Part shown: one piece after another, positions 9,780 to 20,143 of the stretch
Layout: the number at the start of each line of letters is the position of its first letter
Numbering within the stretch: the stretch's first letter is position 1
Origin: Longimicrobiales bacterium
GTDB taxonomy: Bacteria > Gemmatimonadota > Gemmatimonadetes > Longimicrobiales > Gaopeijiaceae
Assembly (NCBI GenBank): GCA_965249725.1
Contig: CBDFMQ010000002.1
Span: 1,088,001-1,152,000 of the forward strand
Length of the DNA stretch: 64,000 nucleotides
Direction: 5' to 3'
The notes under the pieces: model-generated
What the model was told of the DNA's origin: nothing
Database searches by the model: none
Seen by the model: the letters and a program-made list of their open reading frames with translations, nothing else
Made by a program: the position numbers and the translations under genes

Positions 9780-10259
9780 TCAACTCAGCAGGGACGCCAA
9801 ACCCACGGCCCGGCTGCTCGGCAGGTCGCGCGCCGAGACGACAGCCCCCCGGTCCTCCAACGCCCGTAGGCCAGTCTCGTCTTCAGCGCTGAGAAAGACG
9901 TACGGAAGACGCTCAGTACGCCCCGCAGCATGGTGGACACCACCCAAGTTGACTTCTCTTCCTCGCAACGATCCGTCGGCCGCCAGATCCGCCATGGCCG
10001 CGATCGACCGAGTGAGAATGATCGTCACCTTCGAGTCGGCCTCGAGCTCCGCGAGGCGACCTTGAGCCTCGTTCACAGTGAGGAACTCTGCGGTGGCGTC
10101 GTCGGGGAGACCCAGACGATACAGGTCCTGCTCCCACTCGCTATCGGCAAGCTCGTCATCGGCAACCAGGTAGTGATCCGGCCTCAATTCCGGGCCCCAA
10201 CCCATCACGACCTGGCCGTGGATGAGACGCTCGTCGACGCGAAAGAGAACGACGGGCAT
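9780..10259 (-). CDS. PTS mannose family IIB
   Basis: RVDERLIHGQV motif and VNLGG. Confidence 0.93.
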   Translation of the reverse strand: MPVVLFRVDERLIHGQVVMGWGPELRPDHYLVADDELADSEWEQDLYRLGLPDDATAEFLTVNEAQGRLAELEADSKVTIILTRSIAAMADLAADGSLRGREVNLGGVHHAAGRTERLPYVFLSAEDETGLRALEDRGAVVSARDLPSSRAVGLASLLS

Positions 10260-10260
10260 G

Positions 10261-10656
10261 CTACGGTACGGCCGGAACGCTCTTGACGCTGTCCTTGCCC
10301 TTCTCGAGGAGTCGGGGGACGAGCTGGTCCAGGGGGAGGTCTCGGTGGAAGACGAAATCCAGGAGCATCGGAAGGTTCATTCCAAAGACCACGGCCCGGC
10401 GTCCGTTGTCGCGGCAGGTCAGCTGAGCAGTCAAAGCACAACTCCCTGTGCAGAGGTCGGTGAAAACGACCGTCGGCGCATCACCCACCAGCGCTTCTAC
10501 CTGCTCGGCAAGGCCCTGTGGATTGCATCCCTCGTTGCTGAGCGCCAACAGGGCCCCCTCGTCGAAACCGGCGATCTTACTGACCGCGTCGACCATACCC
10601 TCGGCCATTCTGCCGTGACTGAGCAGCACGCCCCGGACCAGAGGGCCGTCACTCAT
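10261..10656 (-). CDS. PTS mannose family IIA
   Basis: LLSHG phospho-His, TDL.TGS, GMNLPMLL. Confidence 0.92.
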   Translation of the reverse strand: MSDGPLVRGVLLSHGRMAEGMVDAVSKIAGFDEGALLALSNEGCNPQGLAEQVEALVGDAPTVVFTDLCTGSCALTAQLTCRDNGRRAVVFGMNLPMLLDFVFHRDLPLDQLVPRLLEKGKDSVKSVPAVP

Positions 10657-11641
10657 AATCTTGCTCGAGGTACTCCCGGACCGGGCGCATGGCGTCCTGA
10701 AGCCGGTCGTTGAAGGCGGCAGCCGAGTCCACGCCCAGGTACTTGAGGAGGTGGTTCATGGCCACGACTTCCGAGATGACCGTGATGTTCTTACCGGGAT
10801 TCAATGGAATGGTGACCTTGGGCAAAGTGACCCCGAGGATCTCAATATCCTCCTCCTCGAGCCCGGTCCGCGTATACACGGTGTGTTCGTCCCACGTCTC
10901 GAGTTGGACCACGACCTCGATACGTTTTTGCCGACGCGTCGCCCGAATGCCGAACAGGGCTCGGATGTCGACGATGCCGAGCCCACGGATCTCCATGTGG
11001 TGGCCCTGCAGTTCGTGACCCTGACCGAGGAGCATGTCGGGTCCACGCCTCTGCACGATGATGAGATCATCCGCCACGAGCCGGTGACCGCGCTCTACCA
11101 GGTCCAGAACACACTCACTCTTGCCCACTCCGCTACTGCCGACGAAGAGGAGTCCCACACCGTAGACATCGGCCAGCGAACCATGGAGGTGGGTGCGGGG
11201 AGCGAGCACGGAGTCGAGGTACGGCTTGATTCGCCAGTAGAACTCTTTTGTGCTCAGCTTCGAACGGAAGACCGGAATCCCGTGTTCCGTCGCCGCGGCG
11301 AGAAAGATCTCGGAAACGGGGAGGCCCTTGGTCACGAAAGCGGCCGGAATGTCGAAGCTGAAAACGCTCCCGACACGATCCCGCAGTTCTTCGTCCGTAA
11401 GGGACTCGAGGTAGGAGATTTCGGTCTCGCCGAAGACCTGCATACGGCCCTCGGCGAAGCGCTGAGTAAAACCAGAAAGGGCGATGCCCGGACTCGAGAC
11501 ATCCGAGTCCCTCATTTCACGTTCGAGTGAAATGCCAGGATTCAGCAACTCTAGGTGCAGGGATTCTTGTCGATCCTCGAGGAGCCTCTGAACCGTGAGG
11601 CTGACGGTGGTCTCTGGCAGGTCGGCGGAATCCTTGGTCAA
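10649..11641 (-). CDS. hprK: HPr kinase/phosphorylase
   Basis: GSSGVGKSE Walker A, LVERGHRLVADD, MEIRGLGI; start uncertain. Confidence 0.95.
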   Translation of the reverse strand: MTKDSADLPETTVSLTVQRLLEDRQESLHLELLNPGISLEREMRDSDVSSPGIALSGFTQRFAEGRMQVFGETEISYLESLTDEELRDRVGSVFSFDIPAAFVTKGLPVSEIFLAAATEHGIPVFRSKLSTKEFYWRIKPYLDSVLAPRTHLHGSLADVYGVGLLFVGSSGVGKSECVLDLVERGHRLVADDLIIVQRRGPDMLLGQGHELQGHHMEIRGLGIVDIRALFGIRATRRQKRIEVVVQLETWDEHTVYTRTGLEEEDIEILGVTLPKVTIPLNPGKNITVISEVVAMNHLLKYLGVDSAAAFNDRLQDAMRPVREYLEQDYE

Positions 11642-11648
11642 ACCCGGC

Positions 11649-11975
11649 CTACTCCTCGACTTGAGCCTCTGAGAGCTTGGGCGCCTGGTGATCCCTGCTC
11701 TGCTCATGGCGACGGCGAAGCTGACGCGTCAAACGCTCGACCATCTGGTGGAGGGCCGGACGAAACTCGTCGGCCTCCGCCGACGCGACCACGGGGTCAC
11801 CACGATCGACGTGGACGATTCCTTCGACGGTCTTGGAGCGCTTCCCCTCGTCGAAGATGACCTCTACCGCAGAAACGCGAGGTTCGTACTTGGGGAGTTT
11901 CTTTATGACTTCTTCCGTACGCTCGCGTATCGCATCGGACAGGTTCGTGTGACGTGACGTGATTCGAATTTCCAT
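11649..11975 (-). CDS. hpf: Ribosome hibernation factor HPF/RaiA
   Basis: MEIRITSRH...LSDAIRE...KL..Y; C-terminal L.RQLRR. Confidence 0.88.
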   Translation of the reverse strand: MEIRITSRHTNLSDAIRERTEEVIKKLPKYEPRVSAVEVIFDEGKRSKTVEGIVHVDRGDPVVASAEADEFRPALHQMVERLTRQLRRRHEQSRDHQAPKLSEAQVEE

Positions 11976-12054
11976 GCCACCTCCGTAAGGTGTCATCACT
12001 CTGCGGACCGAAGAGACCACAGGGCATTCAGACCCGGATAAGGTACCCAGGGCC

Positions 12055-13167
12055 TCACCTCTCAGCTACCCGTGCATCGAGGAATTGCTCCATCGTACGA
12101 GCCGACGCATCCCAACTGAACTGCTCCGAAAACTCCCGCCCTTGCGCGCCCATCCGAGCGCACAGCTCCTGATCCTCCAGAAGCTGGGCGATACGGTCGG
12201 CCAACCCACCCAGGTCACCGTGAGGAACCAGGTACCCGGTCCGACCGTCGACAACCGAATCGCGTAGCCCCGGTGAGTCGCTGGCCACCGTCGGGGTGCC
12301 GCATGCAGCCGCCTCCAGATTGGCGATGCCCCAGCCTTCCTTGGGGGAGGTGAGGACGTGGATCCAACTCCTGCGGAGCAACTCGATCTTTCGTTCATGC
12401 GGAACGAAACCCAGAAACTCGACACGATCCTCAAGGCCCAGAGTCGTGCGGAGTGCCTCGAGACGCTCGCGATGATCGCCCTGACCCGCCACCAGAAGCC
12501 TACACGGGACGCCTCGCTCGACCAGCATCGCCGCCGCTCGCATGACGAGGTCGACCCTCTTGTACCGCTTCAGGCGCCCCAGGTACAGCAGCGTAGGCTC
12601 TTCGAAGCGATCCTCCGGTCGGCCCGGTGTCAGATCCTCGAGATCCACCCCGTTCGGGATGATCTCGATGAGATGCTCCGGCACTCCACGATGCACCAAG
12701 TCGCGCGCCGTGCTCGCGGACACCGCCGCCGTGGGGATGTCACGGAAGACCCGGGGAATAGGCATCTCCAACAGACAAGTCGCCGCAGCGACGGGCAGCG
12801 ACGCTTCGCGGAACGCCGTGGTCCCGAAGAGGTGGTGCACCAAGAGGGCGATCGGGGCGTCGACCCACCCCGGGGAGAAGAACGGCACCTTGTTGAGATC
12901 CTCCACCACCACGTCGAAGTCGCGATGACGAAGATGGTGCCGATAGTACCGAGGAGCGGCGACCGACAGGGTGTGCCGACCTCCGGTCCTGTGGACCTCG
13001 ATGCCCGCGATGTCCGCCGTGGCCGAGGCGCCGGGCCAACCCGAACAAAGCAGCGTGACCGAGTGTCCCCATTGTACTAATCGTCGGAAGATCTCGAACA
13101 GGTGAACCTCGGCACCGCCGGCCTGAGGGTTGTCGGGATCGAGCCAGTTGAGAACGAGGATGTTCAC
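12055..13167 (-). CDS. Glycosyltransferase family 4
   Basis: AGGAE, IPNGVD, GRLKRYKR, EGWGIANLEAAACGTP. Confidence 0.92.
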   Translation of the reverse strand: MNILVLNWLDPDNPQAGGAEVHLFEIFRRLVQWGHSVTLLCSGWPGASATADIAGIEVHRTGGRHTLSVAAPRYYRHHLRHRDFDVVVEDLNKVPFFSPGWVDAPIALLVHHLFGTTAFREASLPVAAATCLLEMPIPRVFRDIPTAAVSASTARDLVHRGVPEHLIEIIPNGVDLEDLTPGRPEDRFEEPTLLYLGRLKRYKRVDLVMRAAAMLVERGVPCRLLVAGQGDHRERLEALRTTLGLEDRVEFLGFVPHERKIELLRRSWIHVLTSPKEGWGIANLEAAACGTPTVASDSPGLRDSVVDGRTGYLVPHGDLGGLADRIAQLLEDQELCARMGAQGREFSEQFSWDASARTMEQFLDARVAER

Positions 13168-13182
13168 GAGCCGCACTCCGGG

Positions 13183-13629
13183 TCAGTCGGAGGGTCGCCT
13201 GTATAGCGCGTCGAGCACTCCGTTGACGAAGCCCGGCGAGTCGTTGCCGCTGTACCGCTCGGCCAAACGAACCGCCTCCTGGATCGAGACCTTGGGTGGC
13301 ACATCGTCGAAGTGGGTGATCTCGACGGCGGCGATCCGAAGGATGGCACGATCGAGGATCGAGAGCCGATCCATACGCCAGTTCTCCAGCGCGTCGCCCA
13401 GCACGGTATCGACCTCTGGTCCGTGTGCGTCGAGTGACGTCAGCAATCGGCGAATGTACGGTATGCGCGCAGGTGCAATCCGGCGTGTCGCGAGGGTCTC
13501 GTCCAGGGCCTCGGCCAGGGAGCCCGTCTTGTCAGCGACCTCCCACCGATAGTGGATCTGTAGTGCCCATGCGCGGGCTCGCGTCCGGTCGATCCGCCGC
13601 GGAGTCTCGCGGGTAACGGCCCGAGCCAC
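13183..13629 (-). CDS. nusB: Transcription antitermination factor NusB
   Basis: RTRARAWALQ, NWRMDRL..LDRAILR, EAVRLAERY, FVNGVLD. Confidence 0.95.
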   Translation of the reverse strand: MARAVTRETPRRIDRTRARAWALQIHYRWEVADKTGSLAEALDETLATRRIAPARIPYIRRLLTSLDAHGPEVDTVLGDALENWRMDRLSILDRAILRIAAVEITHFDDVPPKVSIQEAVRLAERYSGNDSPGFVNGVLDALYRRPSD

Positions 13630-14129
13630 TACTCCTCCAACTCCGCGTACAGCGCAACCATGTGGAGGGCGCTCATCGCGAGCTCACGACCCTTGTCGTC
13701 CTGGTCCCTCGAGGCCCTGGTCCAAGCCTGCTCGTGCGTATCGGTCGTGAGCACCCCGAAGAGGAGCGGCACATCGAGAGTCCGCGCCAGGGCACCGAGA
13801 CCGTAGCTGGCCTCTCCGGCTACATAGTCGAAGTGGGCCGTCTCACCGCGTATGACACACCCGAGAGCGATGATGGCGTCGTGTCTCCCCCCGGCGGCCA
13901 CTCTTCGGGTGGTCTGGGGCAGCTCCCATGCACCCGGCACCCAATAGACGTCCACGTCGTCGGCCATCACGCCGAACTCGCCCAGGCCGGAGCGGCACCC
14001 CTCGAGCATTTCCGTGGTCACGTCGCCGTTGAAACGGGCCGCAATGACGGCGATGCGTGTGCCCTCTATCCGAACCGGATCGGGCATGTGACTCCCGGAT
14101 TCAGCGCTCCGCACGTCGGAGACCTCCAC
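13629..14129 (-). CDS. ribH: 6,7-dimethyl-8-ribityllumazine synthase
   Basis: ARFN, VPGAWELP, GCVIRGETAHFDYV, FGVLTTD. Confidence 0.96.
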   Translation of the reverse strand: MEVSDVRSAESGSHMPDPVRIEGTRIAVIAARFNGDVTTEMLEGCRSGLGEFGVMADDVDVYWVPGAWELPQTTRRVAAGGRHDAIIALGCVIRGETAHFDYVAGEASYGLGALARTLDVPLLFGVLTTDTHEQAWTRASRDQDDKGRELAMSALHMVALYAELEE

Positions 14130-14158
14130 CCCTTGATCGACTGGTGTGCACGCGGCCT

Positions 14159-15358
14159 CTAGAGCAGATGCCCGAGCTTGGCGCGTTTGGTGTCGAGATA
14201 CCTCTCGTTGTGCTCGCTCGGATCGACATTGAGTGGCTCTCGGCCCGTGACTTCCAGGTTGTACCCTTCGAGCCCGACGATCTTACGTGGGTTGTTCGTC
14301 AGTAGCCGGATCTTGTTGAGACCCAGGTCCAGAAGAATCTGGGCGCCGATCCCATAGTCCCGCAGGTCTGGCTTGAATCCCAGTGCACGGTTGGCCTCGA
14401 CCGTGTCGTGGCCCTGATCCTGGAGCTCGTAGGCCCGGATTTTGTTGTGGAGCCCGATCCCCCGCCCCTCCTGCTTCAGATAGACGATAGCGCCGAGACC
14501 CGCCTCCGAGATTTGACGCATGGCCGCAGTCAGTTGTTGACCGCAGTCACAGCGAGCGGACGCGAAGACGTCGCCTGTGAGGCACTCCGAGTGCATACGC
14601 ACCAGGACATCCTCTTCGCCGGCGATCTCGCCCATCACCAAAGCGACGTGCTCTCGATCGTCCAACTGGTTCTCGTAGGCGATGATGCGAAAGTCGCCGA
14701 ACTCGGTAGGCAACTCCGCTTCCGCCAGCCTGGTGACCAGGCGCTCCTTTGCCAGTCGATGGGCTACGAGTTGGGCCACCGTGATGAACTTGAGCCCATG
14801 TTCCTGCGCATACAGCTCGAGTTGCGGCCGGCGGGCCATGGTCCCGTCGGGATTGAGGATCTCGCAGATGACACCGACCGGCGGAAGGCCGGCCATCCTG
14901 GCCAGGTCGACGGAAGCCTCGGTCTGCCCCACGCGCCGCAGCACGCCCCCGGGACGAGCCCTCAGGGGGAAGATGTGGCCGGGACGTCTCAGATCGCCTG
15001 GGCGGGTATTGGGGTCGACCAGAATCTGAATGGTCTTGGCCCGATCGTGTGCGCTGATCCCCGTCGTGACGCCGAATCGCTGGTGGGCGTCTACCGAAAT
15101 GGTGAACGCCGTCCCTTGGGGGTCGGTGTTGTCGTCCGTCATCAGGGATAGGCCCAACTCCTCCGCTCTGGGCGGAGTGAGAGCCACGCAAATCAGGCCA
15201 CGCCCGAACTGCGTCATGAAGTTCACCGATTGGGGCGAGATCAGAGACGCCGCACAGACCAAGTCCCCCTCGTTCTCACGGTCCTCGTCGTCGGCGACGA
15301 TGATGATCTTGCCCTGTCGGATGTCCTCCAGGGCGGCTTCGACGGAGTCGAACGGCAT
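14159..15358 (-). CDS. ribBA: Bifunctional DHBP synthase / GTP cyclohydrolase II
   Basis: DDEDRENEGD, RPGHIFPL, RMHSECLTGD, RCDCG, QEGRGIGL, LLTNNP. Confidence 0.96.
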   Translation of the reverse strand: MPFDSVEAALEDIRQGKIIIVADDEDRENEGDLVCAASLISPQSVNFMTQFGRGLICVALTPPRAEELGLSLMTDDNTDPQGTAFTISVDAHQRFGVTTGISAHDRAKTIQILVDPNTRPGDLRRPGHIFPLRARPGGVLRRVGQTEASVDLARMAGLPPVGVICEILNPDGTMARRPQLELYAQEHGLKFITVAQLVAHRLAKERLVTRLAEAELPTEFGDFRIIAYENQLDDREHVALVMGEIAGEEDVLVRMHSECLTGDVFASARCDCGQQLTAAMRQISEAGLGAIVYLKQEGRGIGLHNKIRAYELQDQGHDTVEANRALGFKPDLRDYGIGAQILLDLGLNKIRLLTNNPRKIVGLEGYNLEVTGREPLNVDPSEHNERYLDTKRAKLGHLL

Positions 15359-15445
15359 TCCAGGCAGTCCTCGTTGACGTTGAGCCCCGTGACCCATCGC
15401 TCTCAGTAGAGCGAAGGGCCGTGCCGGCGCACAGAAAGTATAGCG

Positions 15446-16045
15446 CTACTCCGCTGCGGGGAGCATCCTCCGCACGTATTTGCCGATCATGTCGCCCTCG
15501 ACGTTGACGGGGTCGCCCACGCGGAGTGCGCCGAGGTTCGTGTTGTCCCAGGTGTACGGAATGATGCCGACCTGGCAGACATCGTCCGCGAGAAGCGCGT
15601 TGACGGTCAGGCTCACCCCGTTGATGGCGATGGAGCCGTGGAGGATCGTCTGCGCGGCGATGTCCTGTGGCACCCGGAAGTCGAGCAACCGGTACTCGCC
15701 CTCCTCGGAGATTCCGACCATCTCCCCCACGCCATCCACGTGGCCCTGCACGAGGTGACCGTCCAGACGTCCGCCAAGCGCCAAAGAGCGCTCGAGGTTG
15801 ACCGGGCTACCCTCCACGTAACCGGCCGAGACGGTGCGAGACAGCGTCGTACCGATGCTATGGACCGAGAACCCTGACTCGAACACGGATACGGCCGTAT
15901 GGCACGCACCATCCAGAGAAACGGAGGCGCCCGGCGCCAGATCATCGAGTACGGCACCGGCTGATATGCGAATCTCCCTGGCGCCATCCAGCTCGGTGAT
16001 CGACTGGACCATCCCGACTTCTTCAACGATCCCGCTGAACATCAT
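15446..16045 (-). CDS. ribE: Riboflavin synthase
   Basis: MFSGIVEE, VNLERS, GHLVQGHVD, GSIAINGVSLT. Confidence 0.95.
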   Translation of the reverse strand: MMFSGIVEEVGMVQSITELDGAREIRISAGAVLDDLAPGASVSLDGACHTAVSVFESGFSVHSIGTTLSRTVSAGYVEGSPVNLERSLALGGRLDGHLVQGHVDGVGEMVGISEEGEYRLLDFRVPQDIAAQTILHGSIAINGVSLTVNALLADDVCQVGIIPYTWDNTNLGALRVGDPVNVEGDMIGKYVRRMLPAAE

Positions 16046-17166
16046 ACCTCTCGATCGTACGTAAGAAGGACGTCCGCTCCGATGCGGATCGGTTCCCCCA
16101 CGACCCGCCATCCCGGCCCGTCCGGCGGATCAGGTGCATCTGGGAAAGCCGGGACACCAAGTTCGCCCAGCGATACGGGCACTTCGAAAAGGTACAGCCG
16201 TTGTACGAGTCCTTCACGTATCAGTCCACTTGCGAGCCTGCCACCACCTTCGCAGAACACCGCCGTGAGACCCCGATCCCAACAGGTCGCGAGTGCCGGT
16301 CCGAGCCCGACCCGTCCGTCGTCTTCCGGGATCACCACTACGGTGGCGCCCGCCTCCTCCAGGGCCCTGATCCGGTTCGGTACTGCCTCCGGCGTGACCA
16401 GAATCAGGAGTGGCGCCTGATCCACCGTCTGTAGCAGCCGAGACTCGGGCGAAAGGCGACACGCCGAGTCCACCACGACGCGGGTCGGCGGGATTCGTGG
16501 CTCGATTCCGTGACGGACCGTCAGGAGCGGATCGTCGACGCGCGCGGTCTCCGCACCGACCATGATGGCGTCGAAGCCACTACGCAGGTGGTGCACCTCC
16601 CGGTTCGCCGCCTCACCGGTCAGGGCCGTCCTCTCTCCCACTCCCGCGGAAATCCGACGGTCTCGGCTCACGGCCAGCTTCACCGCGAGATAGGGCTTTG
16701 AGTGTTCCGTCGTGTGGAAGAAGGCCGGATCCACCATCCGTCCCAGGGCAGGATCGGACGACGGCCCGGAGATCTCGACTCCTGATGCGGAGAGGCGATG
16801 ATGTCCGCCGGCGGCTTCGGCACTCGGGTCGGCGGCACCGTATACCACCCGACTCACTCCGGCGTCCACGAGGGCCTCGGTGCAGGGCGGGGTCTTTCCA
16901 AAGTGGTTGCACGGCTCGAGGGTGACGTATGCGGTGGCTCCGCGGGCACCTTCCCCGGCCGCGGCCAGAGCGTTGACCTCGGCGTGTGGACCTCCGAACT
17001 CCTCATGCGAGCCCTCACCCACGATCGCCCCGTCCTTGACCAGGACGCATCCCACCATGGGATTGGGCCGCACCCGGCCCCAACCCTTCCGTGCCAGCTC
17101 CGCGGCGCGGAGCAGCCACGCTCGGTCAGGATCGAGAGGGTGCACGCTCGGGTCGGCGGCGTCCAT
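16042..17166 (-). CDS. ribD: Riboflavin biosynthesis deaminase/reductase
   Basis: PNPMVGCV, HAE, TLEPCNHFGKTPPC, DDPLLT, EGGG; start approximate. Confidence 0.95.
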   Translation of the reverse strand: MDAADPSVHPLDPDRAWLLRAAELARKGWGRVRPNPMVGCVLVKDGAIVGEGSHEEFGGPHAEVNALAAAGEGARGATAYVTLEPCNHFGKTPPCTEALVDAGVSRVVYGAADPSAEAAGGHHRLSASGVEISGPSSDPALGRMVDPAFFHTTEHSKPYLAVKLAVSRDRRISAGVGERTALTGEAANREVHHLRSGFDAIMVGAETARVDDPLLTVRHGIEPRIPPTRVVVDSACRLSPESRLLQTVDQAPLLILVTPEAVPNRIRALEEAGATVVVIPEDDGRVGLGPALATCWDRGLTAVFCEGGGRLASGLIREGLVQRLYLFEVPVSLGELGVPAFPDAPDPPDGPGWRVVGEPIRIGADVLLTYDREV

Positions 17167-17215
17167 CAGGGAGTAGGCTCCATGCGGGTCGCTTCCATCA
17201 CCTAGGGTCCGTCGG

Positions 17216-18196
17216 TCAGATGGTGAGCCTGAGCGCCAGATTCGCGAACCGCGTGACGCCCGTCGGGTCGTATTGCCCACCGTAGCCGGCAAGATCATCG
17301 AATCCGCCTGCCCACCCCACTTCCAGAGAGAGCTGGAAGACCAGCCGGATCAGGGACGCACCGACGTAGTACACCGGAACACGCGTGGTCATGTCCTGGG
17401 CCGCGGCGATCCCCAGGCCGCCGGGTACTCCCGGATCGGCGACCCGGACTGCGAAGTCGTCCTTCTGCCAGTCCAACCCCGCTCCTGCCATGAGCGCCAG
17501 GGCGAACAGGTCCTTCCCGACCGTGGCCCTCACGGACGTCGTGGAGACGTCCGTATCGAACTGAGCCCCGGCGCCCTCGAAGCCGCCCCAACTCACTTCC
17601 TCGCCATAATGCTGCACGAGCGAAACGGTGACGCCCGGCATGGTGAACGACTCACGAAGCAGACCCAAGCGGGCACCCACCGACACCAGTCCCTCATTCT
17701 CCGTGAAGCCGTCGTCCTCCTGGAGGAGCACGAGGTTCAACGACGCCAGCAGATCCAGGGACATCACGCCACCCACCGCGGGTAAGATCGAGAAGCCGTC
17801 CAGTATGCCCGCCGCGACGGTCGCTTTCAAGCCGTACGCCACTACGGTCGTCTTGCCTGGAAGGGCCGCCCCATCTGTCAGGATGTCGGGCATGTCGAAG
17901 GTCGCCACCCTGAACCGGGCACCCAGGCTGACTCTGGGAGTCCGTCCCAAACGCCGTCCCAGGGTGCTCGCGGAGCCCGCAATCTCGCTGCCCATGGCGT
18001 TTGCGATCGAGACGCCTCCTCGGATGGCTTGTGCGGCCAGAACGGTGCTTTGGCACGGTGCGACCAGCGCCGCCGAACCTCCGGATGCACACGATGTCAC
18101 CACACTGCTCAGATCCTGCGCGCCGGCGTCGGACGTGTACCAGCCCGCGACTCCCGCAATCAGGACGCACAGGCTCGCTAGCCGGTTCACTACCAC
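17216..18196 (-). CDS. Hypothetical exported protein, possible outer-membrane beta-barrel
   Basis: Signal-like N-terminus, alternating hydrophobic strands, ends LALRLTI; fills the gap between purM and ribD. Confidence 0.65.
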   Translation of the reverse strand: MVVNRLASLCVLIAGVAGWYTSDAGAQDLSSVVTSCASGGSAALVAPCQSTVLAAQAIRGGVSIANAMGSEIAGSASTLGRRLGRTPRVSLGARFRVATFDMPDILTDGAALPGKTTVVAYGLKATVAAGILDGFSILPAVGGVMSLDLLASLNLVLLQEDDGFTENEGLVSVGARLGLLRESFTMPGVTVSLVQHYGEEVSWGGFEGAGAQFDTDVSTTSVRATVGKDLFALALMAGAGLDWQKDDFAVRVADPGVPGGLGIAAAQDMTTRVPVYYVGASLIRLVFQLSLEVGWAGGFDDLAGYGGQYDPTGVTRFANLALRLTI

Positions 18197-19224
18197 CGTA
18201 CGCCTTCGCCGGCCTCCACCTCGCCCATCACCCACGGCTCAGAGCCCCGCTCTCTCAGGGCGGACATGACCCCGTCCGCATCGTCGGGCGAGGTCAGGAC
18301 GATCATCCCGACGCCCATGTTGAACACACGGAGCATTTCGTCCCGCTCGACCCTACCGGCGTCCCCCATCACCCGGAAGGAGTTGGGTACCTCCCAGGAC
18401 GACCGATCCACGCGGGCTCCAAGCTCGCTTCCCAGGATGCGGGGAAGGTTGCCGGGAATTCCGCCACCAGTGATGTGGGCCAAGCCCCGAATCGCTTCCG
18501 TCTCGGCGAGGATCGGTTTCAAGACACCCAGATAGCTCCTATGGACGTCGAGGAGCACATCGCCCACGGTCCGATCCGATCCCGGAAAGTCGTCCCCGAC
18601 CGTGAGGCCCATCGTGTCGAACACGATCTTGCGGGCCAACGTGTAGCCGTTCGTATGCAGCCCGGACGACGGGAGGCCGATCAGGACGTCGCCCGCCTGC
18701 ACTCGCGATCCGTCGAGGACCTTGTCGCGCTCCACGATGCCGACGATGAACCCCGCGAGGTCGTATTCGTCGGCCGCATAGAAGTCCGGCATCTGGGCCG
18801 TCTCACCCCCCAATAGCGCACATGCGTTCTCCTTACATGCCTGAGCAACACCGGTCACGACGTCGGTGACCACACCCTCATCCATGCCACCCGAGGCGAG
18901 GTAGTCCAGGAAGAAGATCGGCCGGGCGCCCTGAACCAGAATGTCGTTCACACAGTGATTGACGAGGCACTGCCCGACCGTGTCGTGGCGTCCCGCCAGG
19001 AACGCCACCTCCAGCTTGGTTCCCACCCCGTCTGCGCTCGAGACCAGGACGGGTCGCTCGACGTCGGAGGGCACGGAGTAGAGTCCGCCGAAGAGTCCCA
19101 GCTCGGAGAGGGTGTTCTCGTCACGTGTCGCCGCTACCAGGGACTTCAGTCGATCCTTGGCCCGTTCGGCGGCGTCGAGGTCGACGCCCGCCGCACGATA
19201 ATCCAACCCCGTACTCTCAGACAT
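18190..19224 (-). CDS. purM: AIR synthase
   Basis: YRAAGVD, DGVGTK, VNDILVQGA, GGETAQMP, SSGLHTNGY, HITGGG, FNMGVG. Confidence 0.97.
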   Translation of the reverse strand: MSESTGLDYRAAGVDLDAAERAKDRLKSLVAATRDENTLSELGLFGGLYSVPSDVERPVLVSSADGVGTKLEVAFLAGRHDTVGQCLVNHCVNDILVQGARPIFFLDYLASGGMDEGVVTDVVTGVAQACKENACALLGGETAQMPDFYAADEYDLAGFIVGIVERDKVLDGSRVQAGDVLIGLPSSGLHTNGYTLARKIVFDTMGLTVGDDFPGSDRTVGDVLLDVHRSYLGVLKPILAETEAIRGLAHITGGGIPGNLPRILGSELGARVDRSSWEVPNSFRVMGDAGRVERDEMLRVFNMGVGMIVLTSPDDADGVMSALRERGSEPWVMGEVEAGEGVRW

Positions 19225-20143
19225 GAAATCCCTGTAGCTGATGCTCGAAGGTCGTCATTTCCTTAAACGCCATAATGCGCCTGAGGATTTCGCCGTTCTT
19301 CAGGGTCTGGAAGCGCTCGACACTGAAGCTTTCGACCGCGAAAGACCCCATCGCCGAACCGTAGACCATCGCACGTCGGTAGTCGTCGGCATCGAGGGAC
19401 CGAATGGACGCGAGGTATCCCATGAAGCCCCCCGCAAAGGAGTCACCGGCTCCGGTGGGATCGAAGATCACTTCGAGAGGAAATCCCGGTACGAAGAATA
19501 CCCAATCGGGGCCGAACAAGATCGCGCCGTGTTCTCCCTTCTTGACCACCACCAGGTCCGGCCCCCTCTCCTGGATCCACCGGGCTGCCCGCAGCAGGTT
19601 GTGATCGTCGGCCAACTCCCGGGCCTCGGCGTCGTTCACCATGAGGATGTCGACGCGTCCCAGGAGTTCGAGCAGGGCCTCTCGGCTCCCCTCGATCCAG
19701 TAGTTCATCGTGTCGCAGACGACCACCTCGGGCGAGTGCACCTGATCGAGGACGTCGATTTGGAGCACCGGATCGATGTTCCCGAGGAAGACGAAACGGG
19801 AGTCCTTGAATGCGTCTGGGATGGTCGGCTTGAAGTCGGCGAACACACCCAAGCGCGTCTCGAGCGTATCCCTCGAGTTGAGGTCGTAGGAGTAACGCCC
19901 CGCCCAGAAGAAGCTCTCGCCGGACGCCCGCTCGATACCGGCCAGATCTACCTCCCGATCGACGAGAAAGTCCAGCTTGTCCAGCGGATAGTCGTCACCC
20001 ACGACGCCCACGACCCGGACCGGTGAAAACAGGCTGGCGGCCGCGCTGAAGAACACAGCGGACCCTCCGAGCACACGCTCGGCAGTACCGAACGGCGTTT
20101 CGACCGAATCGAGGGCCACACTTCCTACAACGAGAATCGACAT
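19217..20143 (-). CDS. PfkB family sugar/nucleoside kinase
   Basis: GSVALD, LGGSA, KKGEHGA, DPTGAGDSFAGG. Confidence 0.93.
   Translation of the reverse strand: MSILVVGSVALDSVETPFGTAERVLGGSAVFFSAAASLFSPVRVVGVVGDDYPLDKLDFLVDREVDLAGIERASGESFFWAGRYSYDLNSRDTLETRLGVFADFKPTIPDAFKDSRFVFLGNIDPVLQIDVLDQVHSPEVVVCDTMNYWIEGSREALLELLGRVDILMVNDAEARELADDHNLLRAARWIQERGPDLVVVKKGEHGAILFGPDWVFFVPGFPLEVIFDPTGAGDSFAGGFMGYLASIRSLDADDYRRAMVYGSAMGSFAVESFSVERFQTLKNGEILRRIMAFKEMTTFEHQLQGFHV

Noticed and set aside
17167..17298. FMN riboswitch before the rib genes
   Set aside because: Little intergenic space and no RFN consensus.
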